Positions 26,773-41,223 of a stretch of DNA of 64,000 bases are shown piece after piece. Source of the DNA: Saccostrea cucullata (lineage: Eukaryota); assembly GCF_032062105.1 (NCBI RefSeq), contig NW_026930547.1:124001-188000 (forward strand), in the 5' to 3' direction. Positions within the stretch are counted from its first letter, which is position 1, and every line of letters starts with the position of its first letter. The notes under the pieces were generated by a model that had not been told where the DNA came from, searched no databases, and worked only from the letters and a program-made list of their open reading frames with translations. A program made the translations under genes and the position numbers.

Positions 26773-27776
26773 GGGGACGAAGGATGTATGGTCACGTGAC
26801 TCAGTTGATTTACGTCACAATCTGTGATAAAATATGTACAAAACGAGATTGAAACCACAGTACTTGTATGATATTTTGACTGTTTGTTTGCGTTCACCGT
26901 CTAGTATAAAAATATCTGAAAACTTTTAAAATTTCTTGCAAATATTATCAAATTACGGAATAGATTAATCCACTCTGCCGTTTCCCTACACCGCGCGTCC
27001 AGCGCGTCGTTGACGTCATAGTGGATCTCTCAGTACAGTAAGATCATGCATGGTAAAAACGGATAGTATAAAATCATAAAAACGGGTCATAATATGTACA
27101 TGGTGGGGTATTTTGTGAATTGCAGAACGCAAAAAATATTTTTACATGGTTGTTAACGAAAATGTTCTATGGGACTGTCTTATTTCGCTTATTTCAGAAA
27201 TGTGTGACGTCATATTCGAGAAATGTAAACATGACACGTTTTTCTCATGATCATGACTCGTTTAACCATGCCCCGTGCAATATTTAGCTCAGCTTCACCA
27301 ATCGATATTTTTACAGTTAATCAATACAATGACAAACTTACACTTCGACGTAAATTTTCAAATATTAAATGATAGGATTTTTTGCAAATTAATTTTTTTA
27401 ATGTTTAAGTTGTCTTAAAAAGTACGTAAGTTTCCGTCTCCAGATGTGGTGTTACAAAAGAATCTTGCTTTTTCGAATTTTTAACTCTATTCATACTCTA
27501 ACATATTTTAAAAGACACATTTCCGCTGGCATATTTTTTATCTATGCTGAAAAAATTCAATTATCGACCGAGTAATGGACCCAGAAACACAGAGAATCAA
27601 AACTCCGCTCAGACACTGTGGGGTATGGTATTTGTCACTCAATTTCTCAGATATAAGTCTAGAAACCTATAGATATGTCTGCTTTATAGTATGTGGGACA
27701 TACTAAATAAGATATATACAAAAAATGAAAAAAATTAAATGACAGGTATTTTTTCAGCTAAAGGTCCTTCATCCCC
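26773..27776. mobile_element. Non-autonomous TTAA-TSD DNA transposon (Kolobok-like), 1004 bp
   Basis: ttaa|ggggacgaagga ... tccttcatcccc|ttaa; the empty site tcttaagaacta is seen in the paralogue at about 42220. Confidence 0.88.
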
Positions 27777-28485
27777 TTAAGAACTAATGCGCTAGAAATT
27801 AAAAGATAAAACATACGCCGGCACGTCCTGAAAAATAAGCTAAATTACATAGAAAAAAAGAAAGGAATTCAGAATTATGAAGATAATCAATGAATCAATT
27901 ATTTGTCAACATATAAAATATGTACGATGCAATGTTTGCCTTACAGTGCCAACATAATTCTAGAACCGTGGCTCTATAGAAAATACATATTTAAATATTT
28001 TTTAAAATAATACAATATATTTTTAATGTATCTATCAATTATCTGTTACATGGAAGTGTGAACACAAATCATTTGTCTTTGTTCCTTCAAGCGTAAAGTC
28101 CGGCGATGGACTAGGAGATAATTGGTTATGCAAGGTGAAGCCAAATTAAGTGCCCTACCTCTTAGAATTAAAAGACGTAGGCATTTTTTGATTCAAGTTT
28201 CAGTTAGAGAGAATTTATATGTTTGGATTTTCTGATTATCATAGATCTTACTTTGTCAGGACCAACACAGTAAACAGTCCATGGATAACCCTGAACGCCT
28301 ACCACATATTTTTTTGTCTTTTCAAAGCAGTTTGTGCTTCATGTTGATATCATCACAGAAATCGTTGGCGTGACTCCGGTTTTCTTCATCAAAAGGTTCT
28401 CAGAATTCCGGAGTGCAGCAGTGAAAATTAATGAACAATAGAATGAATGGTTTGTCTTCTTCTTATTAAAAATACAGTTTAAATA

Positions 28486-28617
28486 CTGCAAACCAACTTT
28501 TATTCGCGACGACTTTATTTCACGATTTACCGGGGTTAAATTAGTTCGCAACGATTAATTTTAGCGATCAAAGCCTTTTTGATCTGTTGTTAATAGACAG
28601 AGAGACTTTAAGGACAG
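28486..28617. mobile_element. 132-bp TA-flanked insertion just upstream of the copy-6 acceptor
   Basis: ta|ctgcaaaccaacttttattcgcg...cag|ta; absent at the paralogous site at about 19012. Confidence 0.7.
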
Positions 28618-28644
28618 TATATTATATTTTATCAGCATTACAGA

Positions 28645-29076
28645 ATGGTACGATGGATAATAATAACTGGGTCCAGTATATCACAGGGGTCAATAGAGGG
28701 TGGGTATAAGGCGAATGGGAGACCACTTTTTCTTGCCCGGGCACAAATTGAAGGTGTCATGACGCCTGGAAAATGTGGCTATCACCTTCCTGGAGCTCAT
28801 ATTCCATACAGGTCTGAAGAACGAATTGTTGAAGAGTACAATGTTTTGATTACTTCAAAAACTCCTGGATATTTTGATTGGCAAAGTGGTTCTTTCGGCA
28901 ATGTCCCATCACATGCGTTCAGAATGGATGATGGGATATATGTGGTTAGAGCGTTCTACCGAGGAGGTTTAGTGCCAGGGAAAGTTGATTCTTGTAGGAG
29001 TGCATACATAAGCTATGGAGGGGAAGAAATCAGGATTCAGAATTACGATGTCTTCTGTGAGATTAAATTAGGTTAA
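28645..29076 (+). CDS. DM9 lectin copy 6, open 143-aa ORF, duplicate of copy 4 with changes at conserved residues
   Basis: ttacAG|a precedes the ATG. Relative to copy 4 it has P13S, A16S, E22K, G101V and a one-codon deletion. Confidence 0.8.
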   Translation: MVRWIIITGSSISQGSIEGGYKANGRPLFLARAQIEGVMTPGKCGYHLPGAHIPYRSEERIVEEYNVLITSKTPGYFDWQSGSFGNVPSHAFRMDDGIYVVRAFYRGGLVPGKVDSCRSAYISYGGEEIRIQNYDVFCEIKLG

Positions 29077-29737
29077 AATAAACGATTTTAAAAGATAATA
29101 AATTATAACATTAGGAAGTAAAGAAACAGCTCATAAGATTTCACCATAGTGCTTCAATACTTTGTATTTTGAACAATGCTAACAAGAGTATTAACTTCGT
29201 TACATTTTTATTTTATTTTGATCTATTTATTTATTGCATTTTCTATTAAAGCTCAGAAATTATAACAGGATGAAAACCAAAGTGTGCAATTCGTTTTTTA
29301 GCTTCATTCCTCGATGAACAAATTAATTTATAGACATCGATTCTTATAATTTCATTTTAAAAATATGCTTATAATGAATTCCTCGTCCTCGCTTTTTTTC
29401 AGCCAGGTATTTTATGCCTCTTCGGATCAAGTAAATGCTTAGCATAATTTTCCTGTAAGTTGTGAAAGTTTTTGTCCTTTCCTTTCTCACAGCTTTTGTT
29501 ACTGATTTATACAACATGATCATATATTTCAATACTAAAGCGTTAACATCAATTTTGATTCTCTCCTTGTTATCAAAGAGTATAGTTTTAAATGGACTTA
29601 CTGATTAAAATATGATTAAGTTAAACTGTGCAAAATTATCAGTGTTATTTGTTATACGCTTGTAAAATACTGGATTAAATGATAAAATTCTCATCAAAAC
29701 CATTTGATGAAAATGTTTCATAATGAAATTTTCTTGT

Positions 29738-29891
29738 NNNNNNNNNNNNNNNNNNNNNNNNNNNNNNNNNNNNNNNNNNNNNNNNNNNNNNNNNNNNNNN
29801 NNNNNNNNNNNNNNNNNNNNNNNNNNNNNNNNNNNNNNNNNNNNNNNNNNNNNNNNNNNNNNNNNNNNNNNNNNNNNNNNNNNNNNNNNNN
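29738..29891. other. Assembly gap (154 N)
   Basis: Run of n. The paralogous interval 20137-20230 is 94 bp. Confidence 1.
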
Positions 29892-30649
29892 TTATGAAAT
29901 ATTTTGCACATTCACATTTACTTCACTCCTACAGTCCTACAAGAATGTTATGTTAATTCGCATTCTGTGTTTGTTTCCAAATGTTATTTCTTTTTAATAT
30001 TAGAGAAAAGGGGGAATTTTTTTTATATTATCTAGACTAGGACTTGAACCTAGATATACTATAAGTGAATTGTGGTCGCTTTTCCTTAAGCTTTTTGAAT
30101 GTAAATGAAGAAATTGCACCTTCTCTTTTCAGTTACTATTAACTCAATATGATTGTTTGTTCCCAGAATACAAACTTGATCAAAGAAGAAGGTATGGTTT
30201 TAGCTTTATTGCGCCCTAAAAATGTAATGACATCAAAAAGTTTTGAAACTGGCTTAAATATTAGTTAAATAAATGACTCTGATAAATCAGGAAATAATAT
30301 GGCATGAAAGTTTACCATTCTGCAAATATGACGTCATTAATGTATAGAATTTCTCTATTTTCAACAGGAAAAGCCACAAAATGGCACATTTAAAGGGTGA
30401 TTTTCCTTTAAAGAACAGTGTCCACAGCCGTCGCCCATGTTAATTTTTTGATATTTTGTGCAAAATTTAATAACAAATCACATATCTCAAGATCTTTGTA
30501 GGCGATGCCTGTGGACAATGTTATCTGAAAGAGAATTCCATTGAAAATTGGTGTCTTCTGCAAATTTTTAAGAAATTACGGGGAAATGCACATGTTTATG
30601 ACGTCATAATTAGCATTTAAAACACATGTGAGAAAAATGACTTGTATGA

Positions 30650-33600
30650 TTGTTGATAAATTGTATTTGCTGACAAGGTCATTGTATCGACCATAGAACT
30701 TACGAAATGATGACTTTAAACGAAACTTAATGATTCTTTTTATTATAGCATAGCAGATATTAAGGTTAGAAAAATTCCAGGTACCCATTCAAACGGAAGT
30801 CGAATGAGTGACCATAGATACTTAAAATTTAGTTTTGATATTGATAAAACAAAAAAAGGTCCCGGATATTGGAAACTTAATGTTTCCTATCTCGATAATG
30901 ATAAATACAAAAATGGTATCTTAGACATTATTCAGAGTATAGATTCCTCTTTAAGTCCTATAATTACAGGTTAAAGATTTCTCTATTTATTTTGCAAAAA
31001 ATGAACAAAAATCAATTAAACAAAAGATAAGAACTATAGAACGCGAAATAGAAGATATGGAAGACGGAAATGTAGAAAATTTTGATTACAAAAGAATGAA
31101 AACTTTAGAAGCGGAACTAGACGCTATATACGACAAAAAATCTAAAGGTGCGCAGATAAGATCTAAAATTAAATGGATTGAGGAGGGGGAGAAAAATTCA
31201 AAATATTTTTTAAATTTAGAAAAGCGCAATCAATCCTCAAACATAATTAAAGAAGTAAAAACAAAAGAAGGGAATAAAATCAGTAAAACTAATGCCATTT
31301 TAGGTGAAATGCATTCTTTCTATAGCGATCTATATACGAGTAAAAACATTTCAAACGAACAAATTGAAAAATATTTATCTGAGATTGATGATATCCCTAA
31401 ATTAAGTGAAGAAGATAAGATATTGCTAGAAAAATTTCCAACATATGATGAGTGTAAGGAAGCTGTTGATAGCATGAAAAAAGAAAAATCACCTGGACTA
31501 GATGGCATTCCTAGTGAATTTTATCAATGTTTTTGGGATAAACTTGGACCCTACTTTTACAAAGCCCTAAATGATATTTTTGATAAAGGTGAATTGTCTT
31601 ACACACAGAAACTGTCTGTTATATCACTGATTTACAAAAAGGGTGAAAAAAATAATCTAAAAAATTATAGACCGATAAGTCTAACGAACACAAAATTACA
31701 AAATAATTGCCTTTGTCTTCGCAAAAAGATTACAAAATATATTATTTAAGTTAATTAACGAAAATCAAACTGCATACATAAAAGGAAGATATATCGGCGA
31801 AAATGCTAGATTGGTACTAGACGTATTTGAATACTGTGAAAGAGAAAATTCAGATGGTATTTTACTTTTCTTAGACTTTGAAAAAGCTTTTGACTCGGTT
31901 GAATGGAATTTTCTTTTCCAAGTCTTGCAAAAATTTAATATTGGCAATAGTTTTATAAAGTGGGCAAAAATTTTATATACAAATCCAATGTTTAAAATGA
32001 AAAACAACGGCTGGCTTTCTAAAACCAGCGAAATGACACGAGGCATTAGGCAAAGATGTCCTATTTCTGCTCTCTTGTACCTCTTTGTAGCAGAAATTTT
32101 AGCTATTAAGATAAAATGTGATACTGATATCAAAGGCATAACAATTAATAATCACGAAATTAAAAACATCCAGCATGCAGACGATTTGACTGTAGCTTTA
32201 AAAGATGAAATATCAATGAAGCGAACTTTGGATAAATTACAAGAATTTTGTAAACACGCGGGATATAAACATACATAAAACAGAATGCATTTTGTTGGGG
32301 GAACTAAAAAATTTGTATAATGAACTCTACGGTATTAAGATTACGAATAAAGCAGTAAGATGCTTGGGAATATTCATTGGACATGATAAGGAAGAATGCT
32401 ACACTAAAAACTGGATGAAAATTTATCATGATATTGAAAAACTTTTTGAATCCTGGAAAAGAAGAAAATTACATTATTTGGTAAATCATGTATAGTAAAG
32501 ACACTTGCTTTATCTAAACTTACATATGTTGCTTCAATTCTTAGTCTTCCTGATATTGCTTTCACAAAAAAATTACAACGTCTAATTTATAACTTTATTT
32601 GGGATAAAAATGAAAGAATTAAACGAAACACGCTTATAGGTAGAATTTCAAAAGGTGGACTATCAATTGTTGATATTGAATGTAAATTAAAAGCTTTAAA
32701 AGCGGCTTGGGTACCTAGATTGTTAAAGAACAAAGGCATTTTGTACAATATTTTTGATGGCTATTGTAAAAAATCAAATTTTGATGCTTTTTATGTGTTA
32801 GGTTTTTCCGATAGAAAGATAGAAAATATGGCAAAAATAGAGAAACTACCTATTTTTTATCAACAAATGTTATGTTGCTTTAATGAATGTAAGCCCTGTT
32901 TTTTGAACAAAATGTCTTCCGATAATGTTCTTCAACAGCCGATATGGAACAATTGTAACTTTGTATATAAAGGTAATACTCTATTTTTTAAAAACTGGAT
33001 AGCCAGTGGCATTTTACATGTTAAAGATTTATTTAACGATGATGGTAAATTCAAATCATTGTTAGATTTTACGAATTGTATAAAAAACAAGTCAAACTGG
33101 TTGTGCGAATTTAAAATTCTTACTTCTGTTTTCAAACCCTTACTACTTAAGTATGATTTTTCAAATTGTTGGTTTGTTAACATACGATACAGAAACCATT
33201 TTCTTTTCTACACAGGATATGTTAATGTCATAGATCAAAGATGTAGTTTTTTCTATGAAAACCTTGTACACAGAAAATTTTGTAAACCATGTTATCAAAC
33301 AGTTTTAAGCAAAGAGTTCAGTGTTGAATCCTCAGAATGGAAAAATATATATCAATGTAAATTATATGACATACCCGATAGACACATTACAGAATTCAAC
33401 TATAAACTTTTAAACAATATTCTTTGTAATAATTTCTACCTCAGTAAATTGAAGAAAGAAACGAGTAGTCATTGCAAATCATGCCACGTGAACGAAACTT
33501 CAAAACATCTTATTTTTGAATGTAGAAATGTTATTGAAATATGGAACAGATTAAGTTTTACCTTAAAATAGATATCAAATGGAAACATCTTGTAATTGGA

Positions 33601-34640
33601 TTTAGCTCTGAGCGCAATAGAAAAATTGTATCACTAAACACACTCATCTCTTATGTTGCCTATAGAATTTACAAATATAAAATGTATTGTCGACTACATT
33701 CCTTGGATGAAACTAGCTATAACATTTTTAATCATGTTAAATCTTCAATTTTTTTCTATGCCTCCATTATGAAAAATTTAAACACTCTTGTAGACTACAG
33801 ACTTTTTAAAAATTTTGCACAAAATATTACTCTTTCTGATAACATGTTTTAACTGTAAGGTAATATTGTCACATTGTCTTGTGTTTGTAATGTAATTTCC
33901 CTGTTATATATATTTCACTGTTTGTTGGTATTTTGAAATGAAAATAGAATTATATAAAAAAAAAAAAAGACTTTAAACGAAACTGCTGATATTCTTGTTT
34001 CATCAACTTGCTTGTCAATAATTTACCTCGTTTTAGAAATTGTTCTTACGTAGAGCATGCTCTTGCGTATCGAATCAACTGAGATATATATACTCCGTAT
34101 GCAGGTGATGACGGTACATTGCTGCATAAGTAAGGGACATTGACGATAGAAAAGTTAAAGTCATCACGTTTATCATATAGCTTGGTTGTTAGATTACCAT
34201 TAATGTCTTTTTCAAGTAAAATATCCAAGTATGAAACAGAAGTGTCGGACTCTGTAGTATCTTTTATCTCAAGCTCACCAGGACATACATGTATCGTATC
34301 GACGTTGGAATGGAAATTACCATTATTAATTGACAATACGCCGTCGATATATCTGAATGTCGAGTTGAAGGCCACAGCAAGTGTTTTCTTCTTTTCAAGC
34401 ATAAGATTTTGCATAAATTCTGCTTCATATGAATAAAAAAATAAGTCTGCTATTAATGGTACCCATGGGAATTCCAATAGATTGTTGGAATACCTGGTTT
34501 CCGAAAACCACATAGATATTGTCAATCAGAAACTCAAGCATCTTCTTGATGTCAACTTCAGAGTACTTATGTGTGCAATCAGAATCTGTTTTAACAAAAT
34601 AATTTTGCAAATGACCAATTACGAGGTTAGTAAATTTACG
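30650..34640 (-). mobile_element. Penelope-like RT fragment interrupted by a LINE
   Basis: 34640-33985 encodes QQSIGIPMGT, ADLFFYSYE, FRYIDGVLSINN, YDKRDDFNF and SQLIRYARAC; the sequence continues at 30727-30650. Confidence 0.88.
30728..33968 (+). mobile_element. 5'-truncated Tx1/L1-clade non-LTR retrotransposon (ORF2, several frameshifts)
   Basis: APE end (SDH...GPGYWKLN), EGEKNSKYF, KSPGLDG, YRPISL, LDFEKAFDSV, GIRQRCPIS, QHADD and a CxxC..H..C knuckle. A13 tail at 33956-68; 16-bp TSD gactttaaacgaaact at 30712 and 33969. Confidence 0.93.
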
Positions 34641-35063
34641 ATAAATTAATTTAAAAATATAATATATCGGGTATATTTTTTTGAAATAATACGAAATTTT
34701 TCATCTAAATGGCAGCAAATTTTAGATTGAAAAACTTTGCTGCGAAAAGTGCGTGTGGATACTATTAAAGCATTTAGTAACAGGTAACATACACAATATT
34801 AAAACATTTTTTTTTTCAATCCCGCCAAAAATTATATCATCAATGCATGTACACTGTTAAAATTAAATAGTTTATGAATAAAAAATTATTGGAAGTAAAG
34901 ATTTACATTTAAGAAGATAAACCTTTGGAGAGTTTGATAGATACACACTACCGTGCTAACCTGTCCGGTACTATCTAGTATTTTTTTTCATATATGATAA
35001 ATTTCCAATCTTTCTCAAGATCAGTTGCTTAGTTTCACTTGCCCTGCATTTTTATTACATGTA

Positions 35064-36517
35064 CAAGGGGTTATCAAAAAGTTCGTGGACTAGCGCCATC
35101 AAATTAAAACAGCTTTAAGTACATCAATGAATTTTAAAATACATGTATATATTTAGCGTCATTTTTTCTATCTAAAGAATAAACCATAAATCATAGATTT
35201 TATTTTTTAATAAATTAGTAATGTTTTTGTAAGCAACGGTTTGTCCAGGCGGCGCAACCTCGAACACGACGTTTTTGCGACCTATGTCTAACAGAGAAAA
35301 ACTCTTTTGATATGAAAATTTGATATCCAAAAGTCCTGTTCATTCGGGTATTTGTTGGGACATAACTGTTCCATAATAAATGAAATTTTGAATTTAAAAA
35401 AGTTTTGCCCCTGACAAAATTTGGTAAGAAATGTAAACTGGTTTCAGAGAAATAATATGCATCTAGGGTACTTGTTATTTAATGTCAAAACAGATCAAGA
35501 TTCAGTGAGAAAAGGGATGAATAGTTAATATCGAGTTGTAGTCAAGATATGAAAAATCAATCATGTCAAAAATGATGTTGATTATGTGTTGTAGATATTG
35601 AACTCCCAAAAGCAAAATATGCTAACACAATCAAGCGAGGATCTCTCCCAATGTATAAATCCATTTGGAATGTTATATTCATTGAAAGCCGCTGTTCATG
35701 AACTTGTAAAGTCATATTAACAAGGCAGGTTTAAGGTATCCGATCCATATTAGCCTCAGATTCAATGGAATTGAATGCATAATAGATACGTACATTACTC
35801 AGTGTAGTTAGAACTAATTTTCATCTTTCAGTATAAAAATGTAAGGATGGGACATGTCCTAATTTATGACCTTTTCCTGCCCTTGACGAGTTCTCTCCCT
35901 TTAATTTTAGTCAATAAAAATTATTTTTAAAAAATCTGTCTGGTAAAAGAAAATATTTCGAATTGTTTTTCTTCCCAATTATCAAATACATCTTTTCATT
36001 ACATCATTTTTTGAATATTTGAAGTATTTATTTTTTTATCTTAAAAAACTTACTTCCTTCCATAGACTTCAATGCAATTTTCAATAATTTATTTCTGCTT
36101 AGGTAATAAAATTTTTGAAAATTTCTCTTGGTAAATCCCTTTCTACTCTAAAATGCTTTAAAATAATATCAGGATATTTTACAAACAATTGATATTTAAG
36201 GTTAGAAATTTTGGTCCTTAAGTCCTTACTCAGCTCCGGGGAATCTCATCAAAATAAGTGTATGAGGTAGAGGAAGCGGACATTGAAAAACAAAGACGTT
36301 GTCAGACGTCATGAAACTAAACGGCGACAGCGCCGGGTGATCATAAAATGTCGTTTTGCTTTTATAATAATTTGGTAAATAATGTACGCATCAAGCTAAA
36401 ATTTTCAACATTTTTTTGTTGTTGTTGTTGTTTTTATGTTCCATATAAATGTTGAAAGCACAGACTACATAGTGTTAATTTTATAGCCTCAGTCCACGAA
36501 CTTTTGATATCCCCTCG
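35064..36517. mobile_element. Non-autonomous mariner-like element (1454 bp)
   Basis: ta|caaggggttatcaaaaagttcgtggact ... agtccacgaacttttgatatcccctcg|ta. Confidence 0.85.
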
Positions 36518-37642
36518 TATCTATCGCATGAATCTTTATTTTCATTTTTGATTTTATTTGACAAACTTTTCTTCCTTCCTTTAACTTCCCAATCTTTATT
36601 TTGTTTCAATATCGCATGTACCGATGCAAGATATTATTGTTTTGCCCTTTTACTTCCCTTTGATTTCCCTTTCTTTATCATGATTTTAAGATGATGAATT
36701 TTGATAATTTTTATCTTGTGTTTTTTTTCTTTAATTGTGATTCTCTTCAATGATTGGACAGAAATTAGTAAATATTTGTTTTCAATAATATTTTTCCCGT
36801 GTCAATTTAGGCGGGGAGGTGCGTCCAAAAGGCCAAGAAAAAATATATAGACAAATTATGAAGAACATAAAACGTACCATGAGCAGAAACAATCTTGAAA
36901 TTTTTGAAATACTAAACAAATTTAGAAATATATCGTTTAATTTGGCAAAGTCAAAATCAACAGCATTTTTAAGCGATCACTTTGTATCACTATGTGTTTT
37001 ATAATCATTCCTTCATGTTTAGTAGTCAATTTCAAGACTACCGATGTTGACCAATATCCCAATCAGTTGTTATTCAACTACAGTCCATATTTGTATATTA
37101 TTTCCACTTTGATCTTCTTATTTGTACTAAAAGTGTTTTAAGTGTTTTTTTTATTGTCATATTTGGTTTTGAAAGCTGCTACGGTATCATTAAGTCACAA
37201 AAAAAAACCAATTCACTTATCACACTTAATGAAAGTTAATTTTTATTGCTGTTCAAGGATAAAAACTTACTGCTCTTCAATATTTTATCGGAGGAGCAAA
37301 TATCAATTGTGTTAACTTACAGTATTTTCAACATAAAGAATATAGAATAAACTTTAATGCATACAACAATTATTCATTGTATTTTGTAATTCATAAGATT
37401 TCTGCATTATAAAAACTGAAGCGATCGTTTGATCTAAAAGTTTCAGTTGTCGTTAGTTAGTAATAAAGTTATCATCATAGTAATGCATGATCTGAAAACT
37501 TTTCTTTAATTTTTTAAATCAAGGACATACACATAGATTCTGACATTAGATATGTTATCAATGGGTTTTTTTTCTTGTTAGATTACCATAAACGCAATTG
37601 GTCAATCGCCTCAAGCGTAATATCCTCCAGAAAGAGGGGGGT

Positions 37643-37737
37643 TATATAAAAAGGAGCCCCCAAATCAAAGAATAAGCTGTGCATTTACATATAAAAACAG
37701 AGCTGACACCCTAAAACCTCAGCCTTCCAAGGTAAGT
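37643..37737 (+). promoter_or_regulatory. TATA box, non-coding leader exon and donor of DM9 copy 7
   Basis: TATATAAAAA at 37643; caag|gtaagt at 37731/37732; acceptor at 38616. Same geometry as the 13565 leader. Confidence 0.7.
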
Positions 37738-38617
37738 TAACATCAAATGTTAATTTTTTTTCCTAAATGTTTTTGAGGGTTTCAAATACCTAAAACATAT
37801 ATTATATGAAAGCGTAAGCTTTAAGAATTATTATAAGGCACTGCATTTTTTACTTAAAATCTTCACGTATAACATCAAGCTCCAGACAGCTCAGTATTAC
37901 GTTCCGTTACACCTCATACCAAGTAGTCCCGGAGAGTTAATACTGTATGGAGTTTGGTACAACATGTATAATAAATATAACAATCCGTTCTCAAAGCCTG
38001 TTGAATACAGTTTGAACCAACAGCATTGCTTTTGTCTCAGTTAATGTGATTTATTCTTACAATTTTACCTTCAGAATGAGCTCAGAATAATTAAATACTA
38101 AATATAAACGGCAATGCTTGGGAACAAACAATCCGGCATTCCTCTTTCAAAATTGTCTTCCTTCAAAATTGTAAATAACTGTCAAACTTATTATTAGGAC
38201 ACATACACAGTAGTTTAAACAGTTTTGAATAACAATAAACTGAAGCTAAATGAGGCTCACGGTTTTATACTGAAATTTGACAATTTATGTAAATTTTAAT
38301 TTGGCCCCACCAGCCAAAGTGATAAGGAGATCGCTTAATCGTTATTGCAGATAAATAACTGCATGGTTTATTGATCAGAATTAATATATGACCGGATGTT
38401 TTATAAGGTTCAAGTGTTCTTCCATGATGGTAATTAGCTATATTTCAACTGCTGTATCTACAGTGCTTAGAATTTTATATTAAATCTTACTTGTATTGTC
38501 GCCCTCTTAATAAAACAATATGCTCGTAATTTTATATTAAAATCTTACTTGTCGCCCTCTTGTTAAAACAATGCGTACAAGCATGGTTATACATTATGTG
38601 TTTGCCTTGTTTACAGA

Positions 38618-39049
38618 ATGGCGAGCTGGGTATCAACAAGCGGGTCAAGCATACCACCCGAGGCAGTAAGAGCTGGATATGAGGCTGACGGAAGACCACT
38701 TTTTATTGCAAGGGCTATCATGAGTGGCACCATGACACCCGGGAAATGCGGGTATCATCTTGATGGAGCCCGTATTCCATATGCCTCGAGTGAGCACATC
38801 GTTAATTGTTATGAAGTTCTAGTTTTTCCTTCAATTAGTAATGGGTTTTTAGATTGGCAGAAATGTTCTAACGGCTACGTGCCAGACAACGCTTTCAAGA
38901 CGGACGACGGGATCTATGTCGGTAGAGCGTACCATGAAGGGAGCCTAGTGCCAGGGAAAATCCACGTTTCTCACAAAACTGCCTACGTCAGTTATGGGGG
39001 AGATGAACACGCTATTAAAGATTACGAGGTGCTCACGGAGGTCAAATGA
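38618..39049 (+). CDS. DM9 lectin copy 7, intact, 143 aa
   Basis: Two DM9 repeats; tttacAG|a precedes the ATG; AATAAA at about 39189. Confidence 0.93.
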   Translation: MASWVSTSGSSIPPEAVRAGYEADGRPLFIARAIMSGTMTPGKCGYHLDGARIPYASSEHIVNCYEVLVFPSISNGFLDWQKCSNGYVPDNAFKTDDGIYVGRAYHEGSLVPGKIHVSHKTAYVSYGGDEHAIKDYEVLTEVK

Positions 39050-41223
39050 AGTTTCTACGACGATTAAAACAATTCTGAAATGAAATCCAGCTTATCGGTC
39101 TTGTTTTTGTACCTCAGAATAACATCTATCAATATTATCTGCATGTTCTCTTCATTTTTTTTTTATTTTCTTCTCTCAAAGTAAAAGCAATAAAGATTTT
39201 ATTCATCTTGCATATTTTGGTCTCTCTTTTTTTCAAATGTAAATTCTTCGTACATGTACATTTATGGTACAGCAAGCAACACGTAAATTTCTTTAAAAAA
39301 TTAAATTAATTTAATTTAAGCAGAATGCTACAGTTCAGATTAAATAAAATCTTCTCTGCTAGCGTTTTCATTCATGTCGGATTTGTAGACAGCAGAGAGA
39401 AATCGAAAAGGGTTATCGACTGAAAGCGCTAACAGTAAAGATTGAAATGAATTTGATTTGTAGCATCGTATGAGGAATATAAAGGCGTATAGAGGTTAAT
39501 GGACAATCTTAGTCCAAAGGCCGTAAATAAAAGCAGCGTGACAAATTTGAAGCGAATATTTGACAATCTTTCAAAAACAGTCGTTACAGGGACTTAAGCA
39601 TGTGTCAACTTATCACTCATAAGATGAGAAAAACTGACTTTAATTCAGTAAAATGGAGAATTTCACGCGTAAAAAAGGATGGAGAATATACCACTCCCGT
39701 ACCCATAGCTACCGCAAGATTTTGACCAAAGTAATTTTTTTCCTGTTAATTTTTTTATCACCTGTCAATAGTTGCTAGAAGATCCTGTTTATTACTGGAA
39801 TTGTTCCGTCAGTGGTTTTTTTTTTAATTTAGAATATAAATGATATACAATATTTTAATATCGAGCGAAATCCTAGTTGAATAAAACGTCTCTACCAAGT
39901 GCTTAAAGTTCAAATATATATTGTAAATGAAAAAAGATAGATAGCATACATGTATTAGGTTAATTTTTAAAATGTCTGCAATACTGTTTGATACATAAGT
40001 TGAGTAATAAATTGAAACTTTTATTATAGAAAATTGATAAACTTATAGTGATTACTTTCTATTTCTATTTTCTCGAGCGTGTTCTTACTACAGTTGTGCA
40101 GTTAAATATTGTATACTTTTTCTTTAGGTTCATTTTGGCAAACTAGGAACACAATGTAGAAACATATTAGACTTACTTTTCCTTTGATCTTTAATTCATT
40201 CGAAATTGAGATATATCCCATACTTTCATAATGGAATAAATAATTTTTCTTCATGAAATCTAAACATAACGAGCAAAAAATATTATCTTAAATGTTCATT
40301 GAAACCAAAACAAAGTGAAAACACCAGTCGGATCAGGTGTAAGCATTTCCTGACGAAATGTCACTTACATCGTATGTTCCTTATCATGATTGGGCAAACT
40401 GAAAACATAGAAAATAGAGTATAAAAATAGTTATATATAATAGACTACCGACGACATACACGAAAATATAGAAAAAGATAGATGTAATGACACTTGCTTC
40501 TTAATTCAATATTTTACTAGATATAAATATTTTATTTGCATGTCAAAGTAAAAAAGAGTGTCAATTTATTTTACACTTAACATGCTTCTTTATTTCTTTA
40601 CGAAGGATTTCATTAGTCAAAATGTAGAATGCAAAATTGAAAATTATAAAATACAAATGGAAACGATCGAAGATTGCAACAACTGACAATTTAACACTTT
40701 CTATTTTAAGTTATGCACAAAAACTGATAATCTTTTTAATATGAAATATCAGCTTTGGTTCAGTATAAAGAGACTTGATGAAAGGATTTCCTAAAATCAA
40801 TTGGCACTTCTGCCTCTCTCAACTGCATATAATTACTTCTAAGAAAAACATTCAGGGAAAATCCATACTCGTGTAAATTTTGCTTACAAGGATACAAATT
40901 TCAATTTATTACTCTGAACACTTTAGTTAGGCAAGAAAAATAACTCAATTTAAGATTTGTTATAATTTGGCACAAAGGAAAAGCTTAGAAAGCAGCCCAT
41001 TCAAGATTTGTTTCAAGTGAATGTATCTTTATCTTCATGCAGTTTCAAAGTCAAATTCCACATGCTTGTACACATGTATTAAAATCAAAATGTTACTAAA
41101 TTATTTACGACAAAATATTACCAATATTTCAACTGCTATTTTTTAATTGAATACATCATAATTTCAGACAAACAAAGCTTGTTTAACTATAATTCATAAA
41201 AAGTTTATATTTTGAAACAAATA

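Noticed and set aside
29675-29997. ORFs with X runs
   Set aside because: Artefacts of translating across the N gap.
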